From Octopus vulgaris (lineage: Eukaryota): a stretch of 64,000 bases of DNA. This document shows, in pieces, positions 12,672-24,430 of the stretch. The stretch covers positions 34,906,001 to 34,970,000 of the forward strand of contig OX597823.1 of NCBI GenBank assembly GCA_951406725.2, in the 5' to 3' direction. A model generated the notes under the pieces. It was given only the letters and a program-made list of their open reading frames with translations, did not search any database and was not told the DNA's origin. How positions within the stretch are numbered: the stretch's first letter is position 1; each line of letters begins with the position of its first letter. A program made the translations under genes and the position numbers.

Positions 12672-13757
12672 AGAGAGAGAGAGGGAGGGCAATGAGAGTG
12701 ATGAAGGTTTAGAGAAAAGAGGGAGGCAGGGGGAAACAGAGAGGGAGGGAGATGAGGGGAAGGATGAGAGAGAGAGCAGGAGAGAGGGAGAGAAGGAGAG
12801 AGATCAGGAGAGAGGGTGAGCAGAAGAGAGGAAGATCAGAGAGAGGGAGAGCAGGCGAGGGAGAGAGGGATATCAGGAGAGAGATCAGGAGAGGGGGAGA
12901 TGAGAAAAGAGAGAGCAGGAGAGAGGAAGAGCGAAAAAACAGGAGAGCGGTAGTGAGATCAGGAGAGGGAGAGCAGGAGAGGGAGAGCAGGCGAGAGAGA
13001 GATCAGGAGAGCAGAAGAAAGGGAGAGCAGGAGAGAGAGAGATCAGAGAGAGGGAGAGCAGGAAAGAGGGAAAGCATGAGAGAGGGAGAGCAGGAGAGAG
13101 GGAGACCATGAGAGGGAGAGAGGGAGAGAGGGAGAGCAGGAGTGAGGGAGAGCAGGAGAGAGGGAGAACAGGCGAGAGGGAGAACAGGCAAGGGAGAAAG
13201 GGAGAGCAGGAGAGAGGAAGAACAGGAGAGAGAGGGAGATTAAGAGAGATGAAAACAGGAGAGATAGGGAGAGCAGGATAGAGAGATCAGCAGGAGAGGG
13301 AGAGCAAGATATGGAGAGCAGGAGAGAGGGAGAGCAAGATATGGAGAGCAGGAGAGGAAGAGCAGGAGAGAGGGAGAGCAAGAGAAAGAGGGAGAGCAGG
13401 AGAGAGGGAGAGCAGGAGAGAGGGAGAGCAGGAGAGACTGAGAGCAGGAGAGAGGGAGAGAGGGAGGGAGAGCAGGAGAGAGGGAGGGAGAGCAGGAGAG
13501 AGGGAGGGAGAGCAGGAGAGAGGGAGAACAGGAGAGAGGGAGAACAGGAGAGAGGGAGAGCAGGAGAGAGGAAGAACAGGAGAGAGAGAGCAGGAGAGGG
13601 AGATAGGGAGAGCAGGAGAGGGAGATAGGGAGAGCAGGAGAGGGAGATAGGGAGAGCAGGAGAGAGAGAGATCAGGAGAGAGGGAGAGCAGGAGAGAGGG
13701 ATATCAGGAGAGAGAGAGATCAGGAGAGAGTGATTGCAGGAGAGAGGAAGAGCAGGA
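12672..13757. repeat. Polypurine minisatellite (~16-bp GGAGAGCAGGAGAGAG unit)
   Basis: About 1.1 kb that is almost entirely G/A on the plus strand. It is the source of the spurious RE/SL-rich ORFs. Confidence 0.95.
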
Positions 13758-13841
13758 GGTTAAAGAAAGAGAGCAACAAACATATGGTAGCACCCATCAG
13801 CTTTACAGACCACAGAGGGTGCTTAAAGTGCAACATCTGAA

Positions 13842-13894
13842 ATCATCATCATCGTTGTTTAACGTCCGCTTTCCATGCTAGCATGAGTTGGGAC
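13842..13894 (-). mobile_element. Short RTE 3' tail
   Basis: (ATC)n tttaacgtccgctttccatgctagcatg is the reverse complement of the family tail. Confidence 0.75.
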
Positions 13895-14032
13895 TGTAAA
13901 GTCCAATTTTGACATGTAGTCTCAGCCATAAATGTATATTGTCATAATGTTTATCGGAAAACTGACCACAGAGCAATTTTTTCTACAAATCATAATAATC
14001 CAATGAAAGTACAGTAGAAAAAAAAAACTTAC

Positions 14033-14061
14033 TTTTCGGATACGTTTTCCTTTCTTCTTAC
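14033..14061 (-). CDS. GTF3C3: GTF3C3 exon 4 (29-nt basic micro-exon, NLS-like)
   Basis: ccttatctttag acceptor, (R)KKKGKRIRK, AAA|GTAAGT donor. It is needed to convert phase 1 to phase 0 before exon 5. Confidence 0.8.
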
Positions 14062-14191
14062 CTAAAGATAAGGAAAAAAATAAACTTCAAATTATTTATC
14101 TTTATTTTTGCTGAAAGAAAATTATATTGCTACAGTTAATCATTTCAAAATAGTTTAAAGTGGAAGACGAGTTAAATCTACTTATTCTTAC

Positions 14192-14398
14192 GGGGTGTAG
14201 GTGTTGGGCTCCAGTCTTCATCTTTACTATCCACGATCATTCCTGCATCATCAACTTCCTCATCATCTTCATCATCTTCTTGTTCAGTAACACCAGCTTC
14301 AAGATCTTCCCCATCAGTTTCTACTTCTGTCTCCCTAGTATTTTCAACCTGGTGAAGGTTGTCCATTTCAGTACTGAATTCATTAAATGTAATTTGAC
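14192..14398 (-). CDS. GTF3C3: GTF3C3 exon 3 (acidic)
   Basis: cctctatag acceptor, GQITFNEFSTEMDNL...EDDEDDEEVDD...WSPTPTP, C|GTAAGA donor. 207 nt, phase 1 to 1. Confidence 0.85.
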
Positions 14399-15302
14399 CT
14401 ATAGAGGAAAAAAGAAATCATAAATTTGGTAATTATACACTGCATATAGTTTGTCTTAATTAAATTTGTAAAAACCTTTTAGGCATAGTAAAAGCTGGTA
14501 CTCAATACATGTTTTCCTGAAATTAATTAGATTAATCAGAAACACTATAAAATAAATTAAGCATTTTAAGCTATCAATAGAAACCTAAGAAAAATTAAAT
14601 CAAATAATTCTAATATCTCAAATGCACAGTTGTATTGAGAAACCTGTAGTAAAATGGGTATTACATATAACACTTCATGTTGATTTTCATGGAAGGCTGA
14701 ACACAATGTCTGCCAGGATATGCTGGTATCTATATGGATATGAATATCAAAAACAAATGAAAAAACAGGTAGGCACAAAAGATATCAACCAATGAGATAA
14801 CTTCATTGGTATAGACGTATATTACAAAACGGACTTCTCTCCCTATCTTCAATATCTTTTCAATTGATTATTACTATTTTCCGCTTCTAGTCAAATCTGT
14901 TTGATGCACCAATCTTCTTGCTTCTTGAAACATCTTTCCTTTTAAGTAACAAAATAACATGTTTTGCTATACAAATTGACAATTTTCAGAGCCAACATTT
15001 TGAAACCAGCAATATTCATTTATCTTTTCATGGAAATAATGTATACTTAAGATTAATTGTAAAACCTGTTTAAAAAAGGGTATTAAATAGCTATTGCAAA
15101 ACTGAATTTTTTGAGACACCACTAGAATGTTAAGTGAAGATTTTGTTATGAATGTGACATGTTTGGGAACCGTACATAGAACAGCAAACCAGCTGTGATT
15201 TGAGGTTGTTATAACCAACACAGGTGTTGGTGAGCACTTAAAGTATTTCTTTGTTATGAATGAAAGAGAACTTACTGAGACTGCAGAGAATGGAAACCTT
15301 AA

Positions 15303-15523
15303 CCCATTAGCATTTAAACCGGCCATATCCGGCCAAAAGTATTCTGCCTGTTTTATGTGCAAACTGGCCAGATCTGGTCTCTCACACCAACCCTACAATA
15401 TCATTTTAAAAATTAACAGCTTCCTCATCAAAATCTTATCGCTACAAGATAATGCATGATTAGTTCAAAACAATGTGGATAAAAAAGGATTAATTTTGGC
15501 AGAATAATGCGAACACTAAAGGG
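15303..15523. mobile_element. piggyBac-like MITE
   Basis: TTAA on both sides (15299-15302, 15524-15527) and TIRs cccattagcattt / gaacactaaaggg. A related left end is at 48348. Confidence 0.75.
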
Positions 15524-16019
15524 TTAAAGTAGCAAAAAAAACAGCTTCAAACCTTTTATGCTAGTCAATTATTTTATTCTCTCTCAGCCAAGCACCAACA
15601 TTGTTTCTCATTGCTGCCAGTATATAACTTATTTACTGTCAAGTCAAATACCTTAGTGGTTATATGAACAGTAAGTAAAAACAATTTTTTGTTTTAATGA
15701 TTTAATCTGGTGAAAGGAGCCTAGCCAATGGACTACATATGCATTTATAGTAATTTATGAGTGATTTAAAAAACAAAGACATCACAATCAACTATCTTGT
15801 GGTCATGTTTAATTCTATCCTTATCAGAACATGCAATTTTCCAAAGAAAATATATGAATACTGTTATATAAACAGAGTTGGAACCCTTAGGTAAGTAAAA
15901 ATTTTACCCAACACATTGTAATAAACTAAAATGTCTAATAATGTCAAATAGTACCAAATTGCTATCCAGAGTTTCCTTTTAATACAAAAGCAAGATGAAT
16001 GACTGCTTTTAATTCTTAC

Positions 16020-16230
16020 CATTCAGGAATTTTAGGGTAAGGTCTGTATTAAAACCAGACAATTTTACACCCATTGTTTCAATTGAACCTTCATATCCCT
16101 TGGTATCAACTTTTCCAGGTTCTTTTGCAACTGTAGAGGACTCTGCAGTTTTAGATGATGTACTAGATGTTGGCAGACATCCACTAATTTCCTCTTCTTC
16201 TTCATCAGAGCTAACCAGTAGGTCACCAGC
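16020..16230 (-). CDS. GTF3C3: GTF3C3 exon 2 (acidic/Ser-rich)
   Basis: ttttccacag acceptor, open frame AGDLLVSSDEEEEE...DLTLKFLN, G|GTAAGA donor. 211 nt, phase 0 to 1. Confidence 0.85.
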
Positions 16231-16648
16231 CTGTGGAAAAAATGTGTTAAGCTAAATCAATCTGAAAGCAAGAGAAGCTAGAAACATACTTTTAAGAGCT
16301 TCACATAAGTCAAATATATACCATCATGACAATTATAATAAGTAAATATAAATAAAATGGTGCTTCTATCTGGCACAAAAACTGTAAAATGGTGCTTCTA
16401 AAAACTGTAGATCCAGCTCAGGGTTAGTTCCAGGTGATGCATAGGTATAAAAAGAACACAAACTGGGTTTAAAATTATCCATCTTGTTGTTTGTTGGATA
16501 GGTCATCATCATGTTACCTAGCTTGTTTATACCTGTTTAAAATTTTACCTGAAGATGGCGGATTTATGCTATTATATAATTTATGGATGCATCAAATAAA
16601 ATTCTACCAAAACAGCTGTAGTAAATTTTAAACCCCTTTTCTGCTATT

Positions 16649-16695
<47 letters not shown>

Positions 16696-16698
<3 letters not shown>

Positions 16699-16744
16699 CA
16701 ACCCATGCTAGCATGGAGAACGGACGTTAAACGACGATGATGAT
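16696..16744 (+). mobile_element. ~49-nt RTE tail inside a (TA)n run
   Basis: gtccaacccatgctagcatggagaacggacgttaaacgacgatgatga flanked by (TA)n. Confidence 0.8.
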
Positions 16745-16769
16745 ATATATATATATATTGTACTTCTAG

Positions 16770-17810
16770 AATCTCAATTTTGTTATGATAGGTAAGTCTT
16801 CTTGAAACTACATATTCCCAGTCATCCTGGACTTTTGTCATTTCCTCAGTGAGGTTCAATGTCCTAAGATAAGTTTTCAGCTCTTCATTGGGTTACCCAC
16901 TTCTGCAAGTTACATCCACATTAAGTGATCGGTACTTCATTATAGAGCTAAGCTCACCCATACACATCATATGTCCATATCAGAACAATCTTCTTTCTTG
17001 CACACAACATAGGATTCCTCTGATGTCCATCTTTTCTCTGAAAACATTTGTAGTTTGTTGTTCATGCAAACTAAATGGAGTATGCTGGCTTCATTTCTTT
17101 TTAGCCTTCTCAAGTCTCCTGCATCCAAGGCCCATGCCTCACTACCATACAGCATTGCAGTCCTAGCACAATTTTCCCTTCATTCTGAGGGGAAAGACCT
17201 TTGTTGCCAGTAATGGTAGTAGTTTGCTGAACTTTTTCCTTGGCTACTATACTTTGGCAGCAACCACCACCCTAATATTTAATCTTTTAGGTAGCAAAAC
17301 CTATTGAATACTTCCAAAAAAACCAAAAGAATCTACCTTTGATGTGCACATAGTTCATACTGCTTCAGTGCATCTGTGAAATATGACACTTATTTCATCT
17401 GCTAGTTTGCCTGCGATTCAACTACGCCTCTTGTGTGACCATAGCTTACATTGGGTACAGCATATGACAGTTATACCTACTCCTTTTCTGCATATTGAGC
17501 AAGGACATTTCCCGGAAAATAGTTGAGTCATGTCTCTTTTTCCCCATTTACTAAAACTTTTGTCTTTGATATGTTTAACTTTAGGTCTCTCAATTCTTGA
17601 TTTAGTTTCCATGCCAGAAATTTCTTCTCTGGTCCCTCCCCTAGAGAACTAGATTGTCAATATATAGGAGCTCCCATGCACAGTAAGTCTGAAACTGCAC
17701 TGTGATGGCCTGTAGTACTATAATGAGAACTGAACATTGATGGATTGCTACCATCATGCTAAATTCTGAAATTATTGTTGACTATCACTATACTTTGTGA
17801 CATAGATGAG
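16770..17810 (-). mobile_element. Decayed RTE-clade LINE ORF fragment
   Basis: WELLYIDNL (YADD region), the Cys-rich insert CPCSICRKGVG...CTQCKLWSHKR and MLYGSEAW are present. Frameshifted. Confidence 0.75.
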
Positions 17811-19487
17811 TGAAATTCCAGTCTACTCAGTAAACAAGAACCTTGGTATCATAGTGGAGATAGTTATTTGGAAACACCCTCTTTTTGAGTAATCTTATTC
17901 AGTGTGCAGTTATTAGAAATTATGCTGCCTCAGTGTCTGAACTGAGAAGGTAAGGTTAATCATTGCTGTTGTACTGATAAAGTGTGGAGGAGAGAGGGCA
18001 ATAATGTGTGCTATTTAAAGATTGCCACATTCTTCTGAATGCTAACTGTCAACCCTGTAACAGGAATGTTTGGCAGTCCCAAAACACTTAAAAATTGAAC
18101 TTGGTTCACTGTATCTGATGCAAAAACATTGATAGGTCGTCTTGCAGCAAAAATTATTTTTACTGTGCATCAATCTTACAGAAGAGTCATTGTGATTCAA
18201 GTGTGACATTTTCTGCTGATAATATGGAACGAATCATTTAAGTAATAACTCTAACCATAATCATCCAGCAATGTACAAGACTTATTAGAGTAAACATATT
18301 TGTCTCCCTTGTTCTTTTCGCTAACTAGGATCTCCGCTTGCGTTTTCAGCAATCCTTTATTTGTGATTTCTGTTAAGTCAATTGCATATAGTGATGACAA
18401 ACACGTTCTAAATAATTGTGATTTGATTGTCTTAGATATTAATAAAATGAAAAGTGTGTTATTATTGTTACTGAAACAAAGAAAGACATGATTAGACTGT
18501 TTATTAAGTCTACATAGGAGCCACGGCCAGTCAACGAGAAAACCTCTACGTTGTTGCTAAAGCTGCCAGAATATCAGTAATGTCACAAATAACAACCAAC
18601 CGTCTTTAAAAAAGGGGCGGGGGATAACAGATATTGTAGTCCAAGATTAACTGTGCCTGAAAAGATGAGATGGTCATAGCTAGAATGTCTTTATATAGGC
18701 CTGCTAGATTAAGTGCTAACATGGGACTAAGAATTTTCTGACAACGAAGAAGAACTGTATTTAGTTCTCAGCCTACAAAAAATAGTAGTAAAATTTCCAT
18801 CAAATCACACCCTTTCATAATATGGCCCTGCATTTTATCATAGGTTTGACTTGAACAGGTCTGACAAGGGTCTTCACTACTGCATGATAACCAGTTTGAC
18901 ATATATGAGATAATGGTTGTCCTAATGAAAATCTTGACAAGGAACTAATAGAAACCTTTAAAACATCGTATATAATCACAGTCTAAAAAAAAACTCTGAG
19001 ATGGATTTGTTTTGAAAGTTACAAATTTTACGAACAAAGACGAGTCAACAAATAAGCTTCTAAGTTACTGCTCAATCTAGAAATAACAGGCAATAATCCG
19101 TCGAATTAAACTATTAGTCACATAGGTCAAAACATCTTTCATGCGGGTACAGGCAACTGGCAAAAGATCAAGGAATTAAACAATAAAAGTCTGAAAATTT
19201 AAAAGTAAAACAAAAAATTCTCAAAATAACCCACCCACCCCCGCGGGACCCTATTATTTTGTGAAATTAGCCGATGTTAGGGCACCTTCTTAAACTGCAT
19301 AACTATTTAATGCTTAATAAAAATTAACACTGAAATAAAGATTGCTCTCGCCTCATTTAAGAAAAAATATTATATTCTAGGATATACCGAAAGATTATAT
19401 GCATTTGTTTTTCTAGGATATACGATTAAAATGAAAAGCTGCTAAAACGAAGAAAGACTTTTATCCAAATAAAAAAATAAAACTAAC

Positions 19488-19598
19488 CTGCTTCTTCATC
19501 TGCTTCCATCTCATCCACTGCTCGGCAGAAATTTCATTTTCGAGAATCTTAAAAAGCTGATTTTCAGAATTAGTTCCATCACCAGCCATGTTTTCCAT
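19488..19598 (-). CDS. GTF3C3: General transcription factor 3C polypeptide 3 (TFIIIC102/Tfc4), coding exon 1
   Basis: Reads MENMAGDGTNSENQLFKILENEISAEQWMRWKQMKKQ then a CAG|GTTAGT donor (phase 0). Resembles the vertebrate N-terminal YLEGKISFEEF motif. An alternative ATG lies at 19589. Confidence 0.8.
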
Positions 19599-22156
19599 TT
19601 TCACTAACTCCGCAAGAGGCCTCTAAACTGAAGTTACTAAAGGGAGTAATTATTTCTTTTCTTAGCTCGGTGTGCTTGTTTAACCAAGACTAACTGATAT
19701 TTATTTTTATTGACCACCAGAGTTATTAAAATCTACAATGGATTTTGCAAACAGGAGTTGCAATTTGAATGCAAAGGTTCAGAGTGTTTGCGTTACTAGA
19801 AATAATATCAACAACAATAACACAACACTGAACACCGGAGATAATCACACGGTGTAGCGATTCCGGATTGCCTCCCGGTAACTTGAAATTGCATTCAGAT
19901 TACTTGGCTGGTGGGATGAAATTGATTTCAAATTACCCCTGGCAGTAATTTGAAATCAGCCCGCTTTAATTTTGCTCATTTTGCTTTCAATTTTGGTGTA
20001 TCGATGCAACTCTGAATTTTGATAACGATCAACCAATTACTTTATTTCCTAAATTAAAGAATCTGATATTAAAGTTGGGAAATTTGGGTAATTTTAGTCA
20101 ATCAACAGAGCGAAGCATTAACAACTTGTTACCATGACAACCGCACGTTACGTTCCACCCGATTGTTTTGTTGATTCTTTACACCACGAGATTTACTTCA
20201 CCCGCGTGTTTTGTTTTAATAAAAAATCTATATTTATCAATTAGAATTTTATTATAGATATTTTTCGTCGATTGTCTTAATATTTTACATATTTTTCATA
20301 TATAGCAAAAGTTGTTTGCGATGTTTATACAGTTTCTTGACATTATGAAGGTGAATGGAATATGTTAACTTAGGACAGATAATTTGATATAATTTTTTAA
20401 TTATGTATGCAAAAACATATAGGGTACAGGTATTCTTGTTCTTGGGACAAATTCTTTGTTGACGTGTGTTATTCTTATCGTAGTTTACAAATCCAAGTAT
20501 GGAAACGTTACTCAACTTTGAAGTTTTGGAGACAAACGCCCCCTTTTCACACACATGCACTTATATATTAATGATGTACACAAATACATGACAGGTACGC
20601 ATTATACTGAAATATGCATAAAGTAAGCACATGCCGACTAACTATATTAATATAACAAATTTTTAAAATTAATAAAAAAACATTCAATCAATGAAGAGAC
20701 AAAAGAAACAGTAAGGCGATACATGTTGATTTTATTAGGTATTTCTGTTTATTTAGAAACCTACAATGAAGGTCATTTCACAGACGCTAAACTATAAATT
20801 TCACAGGGTACAACCTTAAACTTGACACTGCTCCACTAAACGCAGAAAATTTTGTCTCGCTATTGGCTAAAAATACCGTTTTTTTCAATTTTTAAACCTC
20901 TGTAACTTTTTCCTCCAATTTTTACTCCATGACATCATACCTTCATAGCAATTAGACTGGAAAACTATATTATTATAGCCAATTTTCAGATTTTTTACTG
21001 TCTTTTAAAAAAATGCATATTTTGCAAATGAAAAAAACCAATCCTCCCCCCAGATCCTTTCCCAAATGTTCCCCAAAGGTGGAAAGCTGGAACACCAGAT
21101 AAAACGATTTCAAATTCTGCTGAGGTCTACTCTCAGAGTCGTTGAAATAGTACTAGTTTAGCACTGAGGTTAATGTAATTGACTAAAACCCTCTGCTAAA
21201 ATTTTAGGCTTTGTGTCTATAGTAGAAAGGATTATTATTATTATAAACTAGTATACCCATATCATCAAAAGTACCTACAGTTTTGTTAATTAAAGTGAAG
21301 GCTTGAATAGTTGGGCAAACACTTTTTTAGAAGAAAGTGATGGGACAGGTGAAGTTGCCGTATTTAAATAGTATTTTGAATCACTCAAATGAAAAGGATA
21401 TGAAAAGAGTATGTAGCGGACTCTCTCTCTCTCTCTCTCTGTTATATATACATGAATACGGATGTAGTAGATAACAGCTAGCCTTCGGCCACTTGGACCC
21501 TGTTGTGTCCACTACTCTGATTGGTTGGTATTGGCACAATTTGTCTCTTGCTCTATTACACGTCACTGTGCAACCCAACCAATTGCAGCCTTCTGATAAG
21601 GTCACGTGAGACAGTCTCTTCTAAATCACTGTTTGCATCGATTGGTCTCCATAAAATGCTAGCTTCAACACCAAGTCGATGTATTTCAGTTCTAGACCTT
21701 CTAAGGTGTAAGTACACAGCCAGTTCCAGTGACAACACCAGCAGCCACATGGAGAAACATCAACACTTCGTCCAGCAGCATACAGGACCCCCATCTCTGT
21801 CGCCTCCGTCCTTATGTCAACAACATCTCTCTACGTACACCCAGGTTCTATCTCAACACTATTTGTGAATTACTTCACCATGGTTAACAGTAAATACAAC
21901 CTACGAGAACTTCCTGTATCAAATGACCAGTAGCAGCATAGTAGCCACAACTTCTTACATGACATGTGCCTCAACCAGCTCTGCTTCCTTTCGCCTCAAC
22001 TTCTTGTTACAGCACTTCATCTATTATGTACCTTACTACGAACTGGTATTTGTCTTCCTTGTGTCTGAACATTCTTCTAGCGTCCTATTATAGACTCTTT
22101 CTATGCTCTGTATTTAATGCACACAGATACACATTATGTATACATGATGGCCTATC

Positions 22157-22198
<42 letters not shown>

Positions 22199-23639
22199 GC
22201 TTATATGATGCACACATGTTAACACATAAATAAAATCTTTCTCTTAAACATTTTACCGGTTGTGTCTTTCTTTTCCTTCTGGCACTTGTACTCATTCATA
22301 CTTTTCGTATTTATTGTATCGACCGTGCGATGTACTAAAGGAACCATTCTCATCACCTCTCCTTTGCACGGTCATTCTACAATTAAATACCAGTTGCTGC
22401 TGCAAACTCAAGAAGGTTCTAGATCAAAATTTGCTCCAAAATCAAGTATTCAAAGGTAGATAAAACATTTCTTGACAATGAAAAGTTGGTTTTAACTGTT
22501 ATGTTGTGCAGGCAAATGATTAACCAATTATTAGACATGCTATTAGTATATCAATGTCATAGATCAAAAGGTAGGGTTTGCAGTAGTACAAGTTACAAAC
22601 TTTTGGCGTCTGCCCCTTTGAACTTAATTGCTGTTTACAAGAGTTGGTTTTCTGGCCTTTTCTTTCCATATCACTAAGACGAAAGTGGAAAGTGCAATCT
22701 TTGTGATATGGAAAGATGGCTCATCTGGAAAAGCAGCTTAGAACTTTTCAGATCATGTCCACATGCAGCTAAATATTTGTTATGTTTTTGGCCCCCCTGA
22801 GATTACAGATAGGACTTGCTTTCTATATTTTATCTCTCTATACTGTTTACTAATATTTCTAATATTTTTTTACTTATATTTCTTATATATTTTTTTACAT
22901 ATTTATAGAGATATTGTTTTATTGCTCATATACTATTTACACATAAGTTTTCTGTATTCTACCTTCCAGCCTGCATTTTTCCTGTGCGTATATAGACATG
23001 TATATGGAATATTTTGTGCACATATGTGGATGTGTGCGTGTGTGTGGATATGTGCATATATAGACGTGTGTGTGTGCGTGCATGCTAGTATGTGCATATA
23101 TAGACCTGGTTTACTCTTATTGCTTATTTTTTACACTTTTTTACACATTTTTCTGTATTTTGCCTTTAGCCCTGTTTTTTCTTGTGCATGTGCGTAGATA
23201 GACGTGTGTATGGACCTTCTTTGTGTGTGTGTGCGTGAGTGTGTATGCGGGTATGTATATATTTTTTGGTGAAGGTGTATGTTTCAAGTGAGGGTGGATG
23301 AGTATATACATATAGGCGCATGTAAATGGGGGTGCAGACACGCATGTGTATGTATGGACATGCGCGCTTACGCGATTACTATGAACATTTTTACTCCCTT
23401 ACCTTTACTCCCTCCCCTTACTTAGCGGTCATTCTAATAGCTCTTTTGTCTTAATAATGGTCACTCACACAGTAATTTCCCTTTGTTTAATGGTCATTTT
23501 CATAGCATTTTTTTGATGGTCCAATAACTGTGAAGAATACATCTGCCTCCCTGGACGTATTAATAACACATCATGTATGGATTTAGGACATCCGTATACT
23601 GCAAGCTGACCTTTACTGGATGCTACCTCAACTTCAATT

Positions 23640-24150
23640 CCTACCATCCAAACAGTGTAAAGAGAGTGCCTAAAACATCATGCAAAGAATATAAGTAGCG
23701 ATCGTGATACACACCATGAAGAAATGATCAAGCTCAATAATGATCTGTTAAGCAACAACAACCCCAAAAGTATACTATCCACTCCAATTATAGAAGAGAA
23801 TATGGCCAAACACTGTGTGTACTCCATTCCATGCAGCTGTGGTAGGTTATACAAATACGAAACATGCCACTCCCTCAAAATAAGAGTAGACAAACATCGC
23901 AAAGCTGTGACATGAGGAGATATTGATAAATCGGGTATAGTTGATCATGTATGGAAAAATGGAGACCACCTCCCCCTGTGAGATGAAGTTAAAATAATAG
24001 ACAGAGAACACCACTGGAAATTACGAAAACTAAAAGATACAGCACATATGCTAGAACACAACAACCTCCTAAACAGACTGAGTGCAGATATGAGCAGCAT
24101 AAGGGAACCGGTATTAAGGAAGGATAGAAAAATATTAGATTTATAAGCCC
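23640..24150 (+). mobile_element. Penelope-like element, GIY-YIG endonuclease remnant
   Basis: HCVYSIPCSCGRLYKYETCHSLKIRVDKHRK...SGIVDHVW...VKIIDREHHWKLRKLK, with in-frame stops. Confidence 0.85.
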
Positions 24151-24175
24151 TAAAATTTACTCCGTAATTGCCCAC

Positions 24176-24430
24176 AGGCATATGGCAGAGTGGTTAAGAG
24201 CACGGGCTACTAACCCAAGTTCGATTCCAAGCAGTGACCTGAACAATAACAACAATAATAATAACAACAACATTGAAAAATACCTGAGGAATGACAACCC
24301 AGGTTCAAAATTTCCCCAGGACGCCTGGGGAAATATCAACCGAAATGTGGTGTTAACAACAAACAAGATGAGGACAAATATCCATCAAATGTAAATAATG
24401 TACCTAATTCCTCATCTCTTAAATATAGAA
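24176..24430 (+). mobile_element. Penelope terminal segment with tRNA-like Pol III boxes and hammerhead remnant
   Basis: A box tggcagagtgg at 24183-24193 and B box gttcgattcc at 24219-24228. gacgc-CTG...cGAAAtgt-ggtgtt hammerhead scaffold at 24320-24354. Confidence 0.55.

Noticed and set aside
12752-13628. R/E/G-rich and S/L/P-rich ORFs
   Set aside because: Translations of the purine minisatellite inside a GTF3C3 intron.
14178-14191. Stop codon ending the acidic ORF, or an alternative donor at 14181
   Set aside because: The stronger donor at 14191 gives correct phase with exon 4, so the stop is intronic.
21411-22330. Possible solo LTR (TG start, AATAAA near 22229)
   Set aside because: I could not identify a TSD, terminal inverted ends or a second copy.
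24176-24240. Possible tRNA-Ser gene
   Set aside because: A and B boxes are present but there is no complete cloverleaf; it is embedded in a repeat.
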